From positions 255,250 to 319,249 of the forward strand of contig CAVXTH010000007.1 of the NCBI GenBank assembly GCA_963764625.1: a stretch of 64,000 bases of DNA, in the 5' to 3' direction. Origin of the DNA: Candidatus Krumholzibacteriota bacterium (lineage in GTDB: Bacteria; Krumholzibacteriota; Krumholzibacteriia; JAJRXK01). Position 1 is the stretch's first letter. Every line of letters begins with the position of its first letter. The position numbers and the translations under genes were made by a program. Below are positions 27,501 through 34,962 of the stretch, piece by piece. A model generated the notes under the pieces. That model was not told the origin of the DNA and did not search any database. It saw nothing but the letters and a program-made list of their open reading frames with translations.

Positions 27501-27761
27501 GTTTCCCTGCGCGTCGTACTTGGCCAGAAAGATGTCGTCGGCACCGGCGCTGGTGATGGGGCCGCCCCCGAAGTCTACCGCTCCGCTGAAGGTGCCCGCG
27601 ACCAGAATGTTTCCCCACAGATCCTTCGCAACTGAGTTGGCCTGGGTGGAACTGGGCAAGGCAAAGCTCTTGCTCCAGTCATAGATGAGCGCGGCGTCGG
27701 TGGGAGGAGAACTTAGGAGGATTGCAAGGACAGCGGACAGAAGCACTGTTCGTGCGCGCAT
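24567..27761 (-). CDS. Secreted beta-propeller (SBBP-like) repeat protein with FlgD/T9SS-like CTD
   Basis: Start MRARTVLLSAVLAILL; ~55-aa repeats VDFGGG.L.SAG..DIF.A.FD..GNH.WS..FG; QNFPNPFNP tail. Confidence 0.85.
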   Translation of the reverse strand: MRARTVLLSAVLAILLSSPPTDAALIYDWSKSFALPSSTQANSVAKDLWGNILVAGTFSGAVDFGGGPITSAGADDIFLAKYDAQGNYLWSRSFGGFGYEFCNSVAVDGSGNIIIVGQFRYGVDFGGGILTSAGNDDIFVAKFDPDGNHQWSKRFGDSKNQYGIAVAADDANNIAVVGYFNGTLDFGGSPLVSGAQINIFVVEFDADGSHLWSRSAGDDTFQRCNTVAMDASGNVIIAGEFSGSMDLGDGLLTSAGGDDIFLAKYDDQGNHLWSRQFGDAEYQRCYGIAVDGSENVVLTGYFNGSVDFGGGTLVSVDAADAYLASFDGDGNHRWSKSFSGGSDQLGSAMTIDSSDNITISGFFEESVDFGGGLLTSPSAEELFIASFDRDGMHRFSKGFAGPKYSLGTSIAAADSGKVVFSGGFSDSVDVGGGSIAAGHSDHGFVAELDDGGSHQWSFRVGQLTGYGYSGTMAIDGAHNLVITGGCQLSVDFGTGVLPGGLGYDVFVAKFDENGNALWNRRFGDGGTQTGRAVAVDGVGNVILSGSFRSSVDFGGGELTSPGESIYLAKFDGDGNHQWSRGFGDATSRILAFVATAAAGRVVLAGSLVGDVDFGGGNLSATDSSQDIFVASFDADGNHLWSKRFVGIGEQTTHGVAVDPQGNVVLAGSLSGSIDFGGGPLTSAGDQDVFVASFDANGNHRWSHEYGDSEPQQAASVATDGAGNVIITGTFQGSVDFGGGPLNTAGFDDIFVASFDSNGNHRWSRGFGSHFYEHSPAITANAAGTVVLTGSMNGAVDFGGGPLAGTGSDSVFLAAFDSDGIHLWSERYEGLYEQLPTSVAIDGSDRVSVLGHNTDSIDFGGGPLGGNIFIAHFSDTQVPVRFANFEARPRQRVVELRWDVWSNDPRERYVLYRRDMPGAQDVAIASGRMQESSGIYLDEGVAIGGTYEYQLAVQTTGGDEQRSTTVTVTIPLLRTTLAQNFPNPFNPKTSIEYTLGEQLEAVVLDIYDTAGRRVARLDQGPREAGTYRVEWDGRDGRGKALSSGVYLYRLEGVRGVGARKMLLVR

Positions 27762-27976
27762 AAACACCTGATTTTGCGATGGGGAATGGGCGTGGGGGAC
27801 TTGGACTCCCAGAGCAAGCATACGCCTGCGGGGTTGGCGGGGGAAAGCTGATTTTAAAGTTCCTGCCGCCCTCATTGCTTCACGGCCTCCGCAGACGGTG
27901 CTCGAGCAGAGCAAGTTGGGTAGTGTTCTCGCACCGGCTTGGATGTCGCCCCGGATCGGGATCTGGACTAAATCGG

Positions 27977-28231
27977 TCATCTGACGACGACAACTCGACG
28001 GATCGAGATGCTTTCTCTGGACTCGAGGCGCAGATAGGAGACGCCGTCGTCCTCGATCCGCGTCGGGGCGGACACGGAATCTGCTTCACCAACCAGAACC
28101 GCGCGTCCGTAGGTCCCGTCGGGACCAAGGCCCGAGAACGCGGAGGCCAGATCCCCCGGCCCAGCGTGGGCAAAGAGTGGCCTCAGTAGCAGGAGGCCCA
28201 AAAGGACGGCGGGGACAATGGGGACTCGCAT
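27977..28231 (-). pseudogene. Probable internally deleted secreted CTD protein (84 aa)
   Basis: GGAG RBS; signal MRVPIVPAVLLGLLLLRPLFAHA joined after ~40 aa to the CTD-like end GVSYLRLESRESISIRRVVVVR. Confidence 0.5.
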
Positions 28232-28523
28232 GATGTTCTCCAGACTGCGATCGTGTCTCGCTTCGGGGGGTACCCCTTCATGCGCCAAAGCCGGGCGGGA
28301 GGTGACACGACCCGGGGCGAGATCAGCTGTCACCTGACCTGCCGAATCGGCGCAGGTAGTTTCTGAGGGGCCCAGAGCGGAATCCGCGCTTCGCGGTGGC
28401 ATCGACGATGTCGTTCGATATGAAGTATCATGGGACCCAGGGCCAAAGCGCACCGCAGGGTGAGACGAAGCCGGCTTTGCGGCATTTGCCCACCGAACCG
28501 TTAAGCACCGGGAGTGGACAGAG

Positions 28524-31385
28524 ATGACCGACAAGCGTTGGCGCCACCTGCGCGCCCTGTTCGACGAAGTCCAGGAGATGTCCGAGGCTGAGCGTGATTC
28601 TCACCTCGACCGCGAACTCGCTGGAGAACCGGAGCTCCGCGCCGAGCTCGAAGCTCTTCTGGAGAGTGGCAAAGCGGCGGTCGGTTTTCTTGCGGAACGG
28701 TATAGCCCCGGAACCGGTTCGAATGTGGGACCCTACCTACTCCTCGAACTGCTGGGCGAAGGCGGATTCGCCGTCGTCTACCTCGCGGATCAGCTTCACC
28801 CCATACGACGCCGCGTCGCACTCAAGCTGATCAAGCCGGGCATGGATACGAAGCAAGTCATCGCGCGCTTCGAAACGGAGCGGCAGGCCTTGGCGCTCAT
28901 GGATCACCCCGGCATCGCCCAGATCTTCGAGGCCGGCGAGACGGAGATGGGTCGCCCGTACTTCGCAATGGAGTACGTACCCGGTGTCGCCATCACGTCG
29001 TTCTGCGATCAAGAGAAGTTGGATCTTCGCGAGCGCCTCCAGCTCTTCCTTCAGGTATGTGATGCGATCCAGCATGCGCACCAGAAGGGAGTCATTCATC
29101 GGGACATCAAGCCGTCGAACATTCTGGTTACCCGGCGAGACTCAGGGTATGCGCCCAAGGTCATCGATTTCGGCATTGTCAAGGCGAGGGGGGTCTTGGA
29201 GATCGACGAGCGGACCATAACGCAGGAGGGGTTGGTCCTGGGGACAGTGGGCTACATGAGCCCCGAGCAGATCGGCGCGGTGACGGCGTCCGTGGATACC
29301 CGCTCGGACATCTACTCCCTCGGCGTGGTGCTGTACGAGTTGCTCGCAGGAGAGGTGCCCTTCGATCAAGCCCTGCTTCGCAAGGCAGCCTGGGCCGAAA
29401 TTCTTCGTTTGATTCGTGAAGAAGATCCGCCACCGCTGGCCGCTCATGCCGCGCGATTGGAGACCGGCGAGATTGCTGGACGGCGCTCGACGGACACGCG
29501 CACCCTTTTGCGTGAGCTGAAGGGCGAGGTGGAGTGGATCACTCAGCGTGCTTTGGAAAAGGAGCCGGACCGGCGGTATGCCTCTGTTTCGGAACTGGGC
29601 GCCGACATCCGGCGGCTTCTCGCCAACGAGCCGGTTGTGGCTGCGGCGCCCAGCAACACCTATCGCCTAAGAAAGTATGCTCGGCGCCACCGCGTAGGAG
29701 TGACTACGGCGGTTCTCGTGCTGACCGCCATTCTGGTCGGTGCGATCGCTTCCGGAATCGGATTCGAACGTGCGCGCCGCGCCGAACTAGCAGCTCGGCG
29801 GGAGGCGGAAGCTTCCAAGCGCGTATCCGACTTTCTCGTTGAGTTGTTTCACGCATCGAGTCCCGGAGTCTCAAAGAGTGACAGCGTTACGGTGCGCACG
29901 CTGCTCGACGATGGTACGCGCCGCATCGAGTTCGGCCTGGAAGAGGAGCCGCATGTCCGTGCCCGACTGCTGGGTACGATGGCAGATTCCTATCTAAATC
30001 TCACTCTCTACGATGAAGGCCTACGTCTTACGCGGGCTGCGCTCGCGGTCAGCGAGACGATAGAACCGCGGGACGATCTGGAAATCGCGCACTACCTCGA
30101 CAAGCTGGCCAACGCATTCAGCATGGCTGGTCAAACGGACAGCATTCCCGCCGTGGTGGACCGAGTCATGAATCTCCTGAAGGCTTCCAAGGTCGGGGAC
30201 CCCGAGCTGCTCGCTTCCTGCCTCTACCGGAAGGGAAAATTGTGCTTGTTGCAGGGATCTCTTGGGCCGGCGGATTCCCTCATCTCGCTGGCGCTTCAAG
30301 CGGTCGAGTCCCAACCATCACCTGATCCGTTCCGTCTGGAGAAGATGTACTCGACGCGGGCGACCATCGCAGACCTGAGACTAGAGACGGAGAATGCTGA
30401 ACGCTACTTCCTGCGAGCGCTGGAATTCTCGGAGGCGGCTGGCGATCCGGCGTCGGCAACGTCTCTGCACAGCCGCCTCGCCGTCATGTACGCGAACGCA
30501 GGAAAAAAGGATGAAGCCTTGAGCCATGCCCAGCTCGGCGTGGACATCGCGCGGCGAATCTATGCGCCGGATCACGAGCGGCTGGCGGACGCTCTGAGCG
30601 GCCTGAGCTACGCCTTGTCGAGTCTGCAGAGCTGTGAGGATGCGATCCCGGTGCAGGAAGAAGCGGTCGGAATTCTAAGGGCCAAAGGAAGGCCCAATGA
30701 AAGTTTTGCCTACGAGCTAAACCTCCTATCGATCTTGTACACATGTGCCGGACGGAATGACCTCGCCATTGCGTGTGGGAGTGAAGCCCTCGAGGTCTAT
30801 CGAAACCGTTTTGGCCCAGATCACTTCCGGACCGCCGAGTCGCTGGGAAACCTCGGTCGGTGCTACGCTGCGGCGGGGATGGTGGCACCGGCGGATTCCC
30901 TCTTCCGCGAGGCCCTCGACGTTTTCGCTCGCATCGGTGATCGGACTGCTTATCCCACCCTGTTTCGGATGGATTACGCCAACTTCTGTCGTGAACAGAA
31001 TTGGCTGGTCCAGGCCGACAGTCTATATGCATGCGCTGAGGCCGCGTTGGACTCGACTAATGCCGGGATGAGAAACTCCCTCGGTGAGTGTCTGATCGGA
31101 CATGCCCGACTGCGTTCACTCCAGGGCCGAAACGAAGAGGCCGAGTCCATGATTGCGACCGGGTTCCGAATGAAACAAGATGACGCGCTTGACGACGACG
31201 TGCGCCTTGGCGCCGCGTATCTGGCTTGGGCCGAGCTGCGCACACGGGCCGGCAACTTCGACGGCGCCATCGAGAGGCTCCAGCTAGCGGTCCGATGCGG
31301 CGTCAGCGTGGAAGATGTCGCCGGGTACCCGGAACTCGCCGCGCTTCGCTCCCGGCCGGACTACCCCTTGGACAGTTCACCGTAG
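28524..31385 (+). CDS. Ser/Thr protein kinase with TM and TPR repeats
   Basis: GEGGFAVVY, VALKLIK, HRDIKPSN, DFG, YMSPEQ; TM VTTAVLVLTAILVGAI; TPR C-terminus. Confidence 0.93.
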   Translation: MTDKRWRHLRALFDEVQEMSEAERDSHLDRELAGEPELRAELEALLESGKAAVGFLAERYSPGTGSNVGPYLLLELLGEGGFAVVYLADQLHPIRRRVALKLIKPGMDTKQVIARFETERQALALMDHPGIAQIFEAGETEMGRPYFAMEYVPGVAITSFCDQEKLDLRERLQLFLQVCDAIQHAHQKGVIHRDIKPSNILVTRRDSGYAPKVIDFGIVKARGVLEIDERTITQEGLVLGTVGYMSPEQIGAVTASVDTRSDIYSLGVVLYELLAGEVPFDQALLRKAAWAEILRLIREEDPPPLAAHAARLETGEIAGRRSTDTRTLLRELKGEVEWITQRALEKEPDRRYASVSELGADIRRLLANEPVVAAAPSNTYRLRKYARRHRVGVTTAVLVLTAILVGAIASGIGFERARRAELAARREAEASKRVSDFLVELFHASSPGVSKSDSVTVRTLLDDGTRRIEFGLEEEPHVRARLLGTMADSYLNLTLYDEGLRLTRAALAVSETIEPRDDLEIAHYLDKLANAFSMAGQTDSIPAVVDRVMNLLKASKVGDPELLASCLYRKGKLCLLQGSLGPADSLISLALQAVESQPSPDPFRLEKMYSTRATIADLRLETENAERYFLRALEFSEAAGDPASATSLHSRLAVMYANAGKKDEALSHAQLGVDIARRIYAPDHERLADALSGLSYALSSLQSCEDAIPVQEEAVGILRAKGRPNESFAYELNLLSILYTCAGRNDLAIACGSEALEVYRNRFGPDHFRTAESLGNLGRCYAAAGMVAPADSLFREALDVFARIGDRTAYPTLFRMDYANFCREQNWLVQADSLYACAEAALDSTNAGMRNSLGECLIGHARLRSLQGRNEEAESMIATGFRMKQDDALDDDVRLGAAYLAWAELRTRAGNFDGAIERLQLAVRCGVSVEDVAGYPELAALRSRPDYPLDSSP

Positions 31386-31936
31386 AGCCAGGCCCGCGCG
31401 AATGCCCAGTCACGGAGGATCGTTCGCCCGGAAGCTTCCAGGATCTCTGCCACCTCGTCCACGCTCAGGCCACCATAGAAGCGGAGGCGAACGACCTGCG
31501 CGGCGCGCGCATCCCGCTCAGCCAAGCGCTCGATGGCGCGGTCGAGAGCCAAAACCGTCTCCGGATCCTGGTCGTCGGCGAGCGCGGCGACTTCCTCGAG
31601 ATCGAGGGAGACTCTGCGCGCCGGCCGGCCCTCCAAATCGCCCCCTCGTTTTGCGCGACGCTTCGCCCGCGCGCGTTCGATGAGGATGCGCCGCATGGCC
31701 TCGGCCGCGGCCACGAAGAACTGACCGCGACCCTGCCATTCGCTGCCTTCGCCGGGGCGCAGGCGCAGGTAGGCCTCGTGCACGAGCTCGGTGGACTGGA
31801 GGGTGTATCCGCTTCGTTCACCACGTATCCGGGCGTGCGCAATGGCTCGCAATTCGTCATAGACCTGCGCAAAGAACTCGCCGGAGTCTTTTCCGGTTGG
31901 GGGCGGCGGGTGTGGGGAGGTGTCATCCTGGGCCAT
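31361..31936 (-). CDS. ECF sigma factor, TIGR02999/ECF43-like
   Basis: VYDELRAIA..TLQSTELVHEAYLRL..FFVAAAEAMRRILIERAR..KRGG..RDWAFARAWL. Confidence 0.9.
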   Translation of the reverse strand: MAQDDTSPHPPPPTGKDSGEFFAQVYDELRAIAHARIRGERSGYTLQSTELVHEAYLRLRPGEGSEWQGRGQFFVAAAEAMRRILIERARAKRRAKRGGDLEGRPARRVSLDLEEVAALADDQDPETVLALDRAIERLAERDARAAQVVRLRFYGGLSVDEVAEILEASGRTILRDWAFARAWLYGELSKG

Positions 31937-32048
31937 AATGCGTACGATCGTAACTGGGATCCCGGCCTCATGCAACCGAGGTCGGAGAATGGCCGACCCA
32001 CACGAAAGCTCCAAAAAGAAGTGTGTCTCCTACCACGAGCCCAATTGT

Positions 32049-32100
32049 GCCCGAGATGCCGAGCCAGCGCTACCTCAGGCCAATGGTGACGAAATCCATG
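32049..32100. repeat. 52-bp direct repeat, copy 2 (orphan 3' end of a fibre paralog)
   Basis: Minus strand reads MDFVTIGLR* versus MDFIAIGLR*, plus 21 nt of shared downstream sequence. Confidence 0.9.
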
Positions 32101-32163
32101 TCAGATCGAATGAGCCACCCGACTGGCCATCGGACTTCAACCAACCAAAACTCCAGCTCTTGC

Positions 32164-32811
32164 TCACTCCGGCTCTTCGCGGCTTGGCTCCACCGGCAGT
32201 GGAGGCAACCCCTCCGCGGCGCGCCACTCCACCAGCAGGGCGCGCGTCCGCTCCGCGCGATCTTCGCTGGGGTCGAGCTTACCCTCTGGCCGCAGATAGT
32301 GCCACTCGTCCGGATAGGTTTCCGCGGCCCACTTCTCGAACTCTTCCTCGCGACTCTGTTTGGAAGGGGAGGGCTGCCCTGGATGGGCATCGGAGATCAG
32401 GTAGCCTTCGATGAGTCCCTTGTCGTCGAAGAAGTAAGTGATGCGATAGGTAGGCGCATCCTGACGCTCGGTAAGGCGATAGTAGTCGTTGATCTCGGTC
32501 GCGATGGCCCACACCGAGTTGCCTTCGACCTGCCACGGTTCGTGCTCTCCGTGCGAGTTGAAGACCTGGTCCCAGTGATGGTAGGGGCCGAAGCCCAGCT
32601 TCATCGGATTCCCCTCACCCTCCTTGCTGTCGAACCACACCCGTGGATCGTCGGTGAGGTAGCGCTGGGCTTCTTCGACCTTGCCGGCATTCCGCGCCGA
32701 GCGGAACGCTTCCACTTTGTCGATGAGCTTCGATTGGTGACTACACGCGCCGAAAGCGCCGAGGAGGATGACCGCACTCAAGGAGCTCAATAACCGCAGG
32801 GCGCGCATCAT
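32164..32811 (-). CDS. Lipoprotein, possibly NTF2/SnoaL-like
   Basis: FGAC lipobox; VEAFRSARNAGKVEEAQRYLTDD; TYFFDDKGLIEG. Confidence 0.6.
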   Translation of the reverse strand: MMRALRLLSSLSAVILLGAFGACSHQSKLIDKVEAFRSARNAGKVEEAQRYLTDDPRVWFDSKEGEGNPMKLGFGPYHHWDQVFNSHGEHEPWQVEGNSVWAIATEINDYYRLTERQDAPTYRITYFFDDKGLIEGYLISDAHPGQPSPSKQSREEEFEKWAAETYPDEWHYLRPEGKLDPSEDRAERTRALLVEWRAAEGLPPLPVEPSREEPE

Positions 32812-32831
32812 CACTCGATTCCGTGGGGAAG

Positions 32832-32866
32832 AGACTGAATTCCCTTGAGAGAAGGGAATTCAGTCT
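32832..32866. terminator. Perfect 15-bp inverted repeat downstream of the Hcp-CTD gene
   Basis: AGACTGAATTCCCTT-GAGAG-AAGGGAATTCAGTCT; no U-tract, so the terminator role is uncertain. Confidence 0.55.
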
Positions 32867-32910
32867 GATCTCGCAACCATGAGGTGACAAATTTGGCGGC
32901 GCAGTGCCTC

Positions 32911-33741
32911 TCAGCGCATGAAGGTCACCCTCTGGGTGACTTCTCCCTGCGATGAACGGAGCCGAATCAGGTACAGTCCGTTGGCGACTTGCGCACCGCT
33001 GCTGTCTCGACCATCCCAGCGCACCACGGTACGGGCGTGGTCGGTCGTTCGATCAAAGAGCTGGACGATGCGACGTCCCCTGAGATCGTAGACGTCCAGG
33101 GTGGCGTGACTGTCCAGCGGTAGATCGAAGCGGATTACGCTCGCCGCGTCGGTCGGATTGGGCAGAGGCGGTAGCAGCGTGAGATTCTCCGAGGGACCGG
33201 GTGGCAGGACCGCGGCCACCACATCGGCCCAATTGTCGGTGGTCTGCTGATTGTTGATTTCATCGGTCCACGTGATTTTCTGGAAAGTGAAGCCCCAGAT
33301 CTCCTGCACTGGAGTCGTATCATCGGTAGTCTGGTCGTAACTGACGATTGTGGCGTTTTGAAGTTCGACCGTGTAGTAGCGCAAAAGCTGTCCCTGTGGT
33401 CCCGACTCGTAAAAGTGCAATCTCACCAGGTTCAGACGTTCGGTGGTCAAGAAGGCTTGGTTCATACGAACGCTAGCGCTGTCGAAAGACTTGTTGATGA
33501 TGATGGGAGAATATTGTCTCCGACCACTTGGTTGTCCGCTGGCGGGATCGTAGGGCATGTAGACGCTGCTGCTGAATTCCGTGACCCCGATATTACCCTC
33601 TTCACCGGGAGAGGTAATATCTCCCCCGATCTGACCTTGAACTTGACCCTCGATGTACATGGCGATGAGGGCGAAGGCAGGAGTAGAAGTGAGCGCAACG
33701 ATCAGGAAGAGTGAAGTGCAAAGGGCGCATAGGCGCTTCAC
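32911..33741 (-). CDS. Signal peptide + Hcp/TssD domain + FlgD/T9SS-like CTD fusion, 276 aa
   Basis: AAGGAGG RBS before GTG 33741; signal ends PAFA; MYIEGQVQG.I..DPASGQPSGRRQYSPIIINKSFDSAS..YYTVELQNATI..FQKITW..DNW; then PNP...WDGRDSSGAQVANGLYLIRL. Confidence 0.85.
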   Translation of the reverse strand: MKRLCALCTSLFLIVALTSTPAFALIAMYIEGQVQGQIGGDITSPGEEGNIGVTEFSSSVYMPYDPASGQPSGRRQYSPIIINKSFDSASVRMNQAFLTTERLNLVRLHFYESGPQGQLLRYYTVELQNATIVSYDQTTDDTTPVQEIWGFTFQKITWTDEINNQQTTDNWADVVAAVLPPGPSENLTLLPPLPNPTDAASVIRFDLPLDSHATLDVYDLRGRRIVQLFDRTTDHARTVVRWDGRDSSGAQVANGLYLIRLRSSQGEVTQRVTFMR

Positions 33742-33965
33742 GGCAAGCCTCCTTGAATGGATTGAATGTTGCTGGGGGATGGCAGACTCTAGGCAGCATA
33801 CCTGATTTTCGGGGATTGGGAAAGTGAGTGCCATGAAAACCGGCCGCGGCCTTGGCCGGCCGAGCCCGTTGGCGCTCCCTATCCCATCACCATTCCGAGC
33901 AGCTCACAGGCTCAAGACGCCTACCTTGCGCGCGTTGCAAGGTCCGAGGGAATAGCCGCGGCTGA

Positions 33966-34892
33966 TCAGGTGACCAAGAAGAGCATCGCCACTCCGGCCA
34001 CCGCCACCATCGTGCCGAGGACGGCCTGGTAGCCGATCGATTCCTTGAATACAAAGCGCCCGATGGGCAGAAGGAACACCGGCGGCAGCGCCATCAGAGT
34101 GCTGGCGATTCCCACCTCTGTCCTCTGCACCGCGATCAACGACAGCCACACGCCGATGTAGGGTCCGGTGAGAGCTCCCAGAAACAATGGGGGAAGGGCT
34201 TTGCGGTCCGCCCGAAGGCGACGCAGGGGTTCGCCCGCCTGCCGCATTGCCACCGCCAGTATCCAGGTCACGCTCGCGGCGGTGAGCATGCGGATGACGT
34301 TGCCCGAGAGCGCGTCGAAGTGGCCCTCCAGCCCGCGCTTGGCCAGCACGAGCCCGATGGCTTGCCCGGCTGCGGCGCCCAAACCAAAAAGGATGCCCTT
34401 CACATAATGCGATTCCTCGCGCTCGGGCATCGGGGGCCGGCGGCGATCGAGAATGACCAGCGCAACCCCGCACAGGGTGACCACGATGGCCAGCCATTGC
34501 AGGGGGAGGAGGTTCTCGCCCAGAAAGAAGCGCGCCACCAGCGCGGCGATGATGGGCGCCAGGCTCATCATCAACATCCCCAGACGCGGACCGACCCACA
34601 CAAAGGCCTGAAAGAGCATCGAGTCGCCCACCACGAGACCGATCACACCCGAGATTCCCAACCAGAACCAGCGCGAGGGTTCGGCCGCAAACGGAATGAG
34701 ACTGCCGTGCAGAGCCAAGTGGGTCAGAGTGAGGAACGCCACCGCGAGCAGTAACCGGGAGCGGTTGACGGTGACCGAACCCACCCGCCGCGAAGCCACG
34801 GCGAAGAAGCTGGCCGTCGTCGTCCAACACAGGGATGTGCCGAGTGCGGCGATCTCACCCAGGTACGCGAGTCCGAACACGGGGGCCTCCAC
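33966..34892 (-). CDS. EamA/DMT family transporter
   Basis: About 10 TM in two repeats; LGEIAALGTSLCW; GLVVGD. Confidence 0.88.
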   Translation of the reverse strand: MEAPVFGLAYLGEIAALGTSLCWTTTASFFAVASRRVGSVTVNRSRLLLAVAFLTLTHLALHGSLIPFAAEPSRWFWLGISGVIGLVVGDSMLFQAFVWVGPRLGMLMMSLAPIIAALVARFFLGENLLPLQWLAIVVTLCGVALVILDRRRPPMPEREESHYVKGILFGLGAAAGQAIGLVLAKRGLEGHFDALSGNVIRMLTAASVTWILAVAMRQAGEPLRRLRADRKALPPLFLGALTGPYIGVWLSLIAVQRTEVGIASTLMALPPVFLLPIGRFVFKESIGYQAVLGTMVAVAGVAMLFLVT

Positions 34893-34962
34893 AGCGGGGG
34901 AGGGAATGGTAGCAGGGAGGGCCGGAGGGAGCAGCAGGAATCGGCAGAAGGCTGAAGGAATC

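Noticed and set aside
22778-32100. Diversity-generating retroelement or shufflon acting on fibre tips
   Set aside because: No reverse transcriptase or invertase here, the repeats are direct and short, and the four mismatches do not all map to adenines of one copy
32911-33741. Type VI secretion locus or prophage
   Set aside because: No sheath, VgrG, baseplate, membrane complex, capsid or terminase genes in the window
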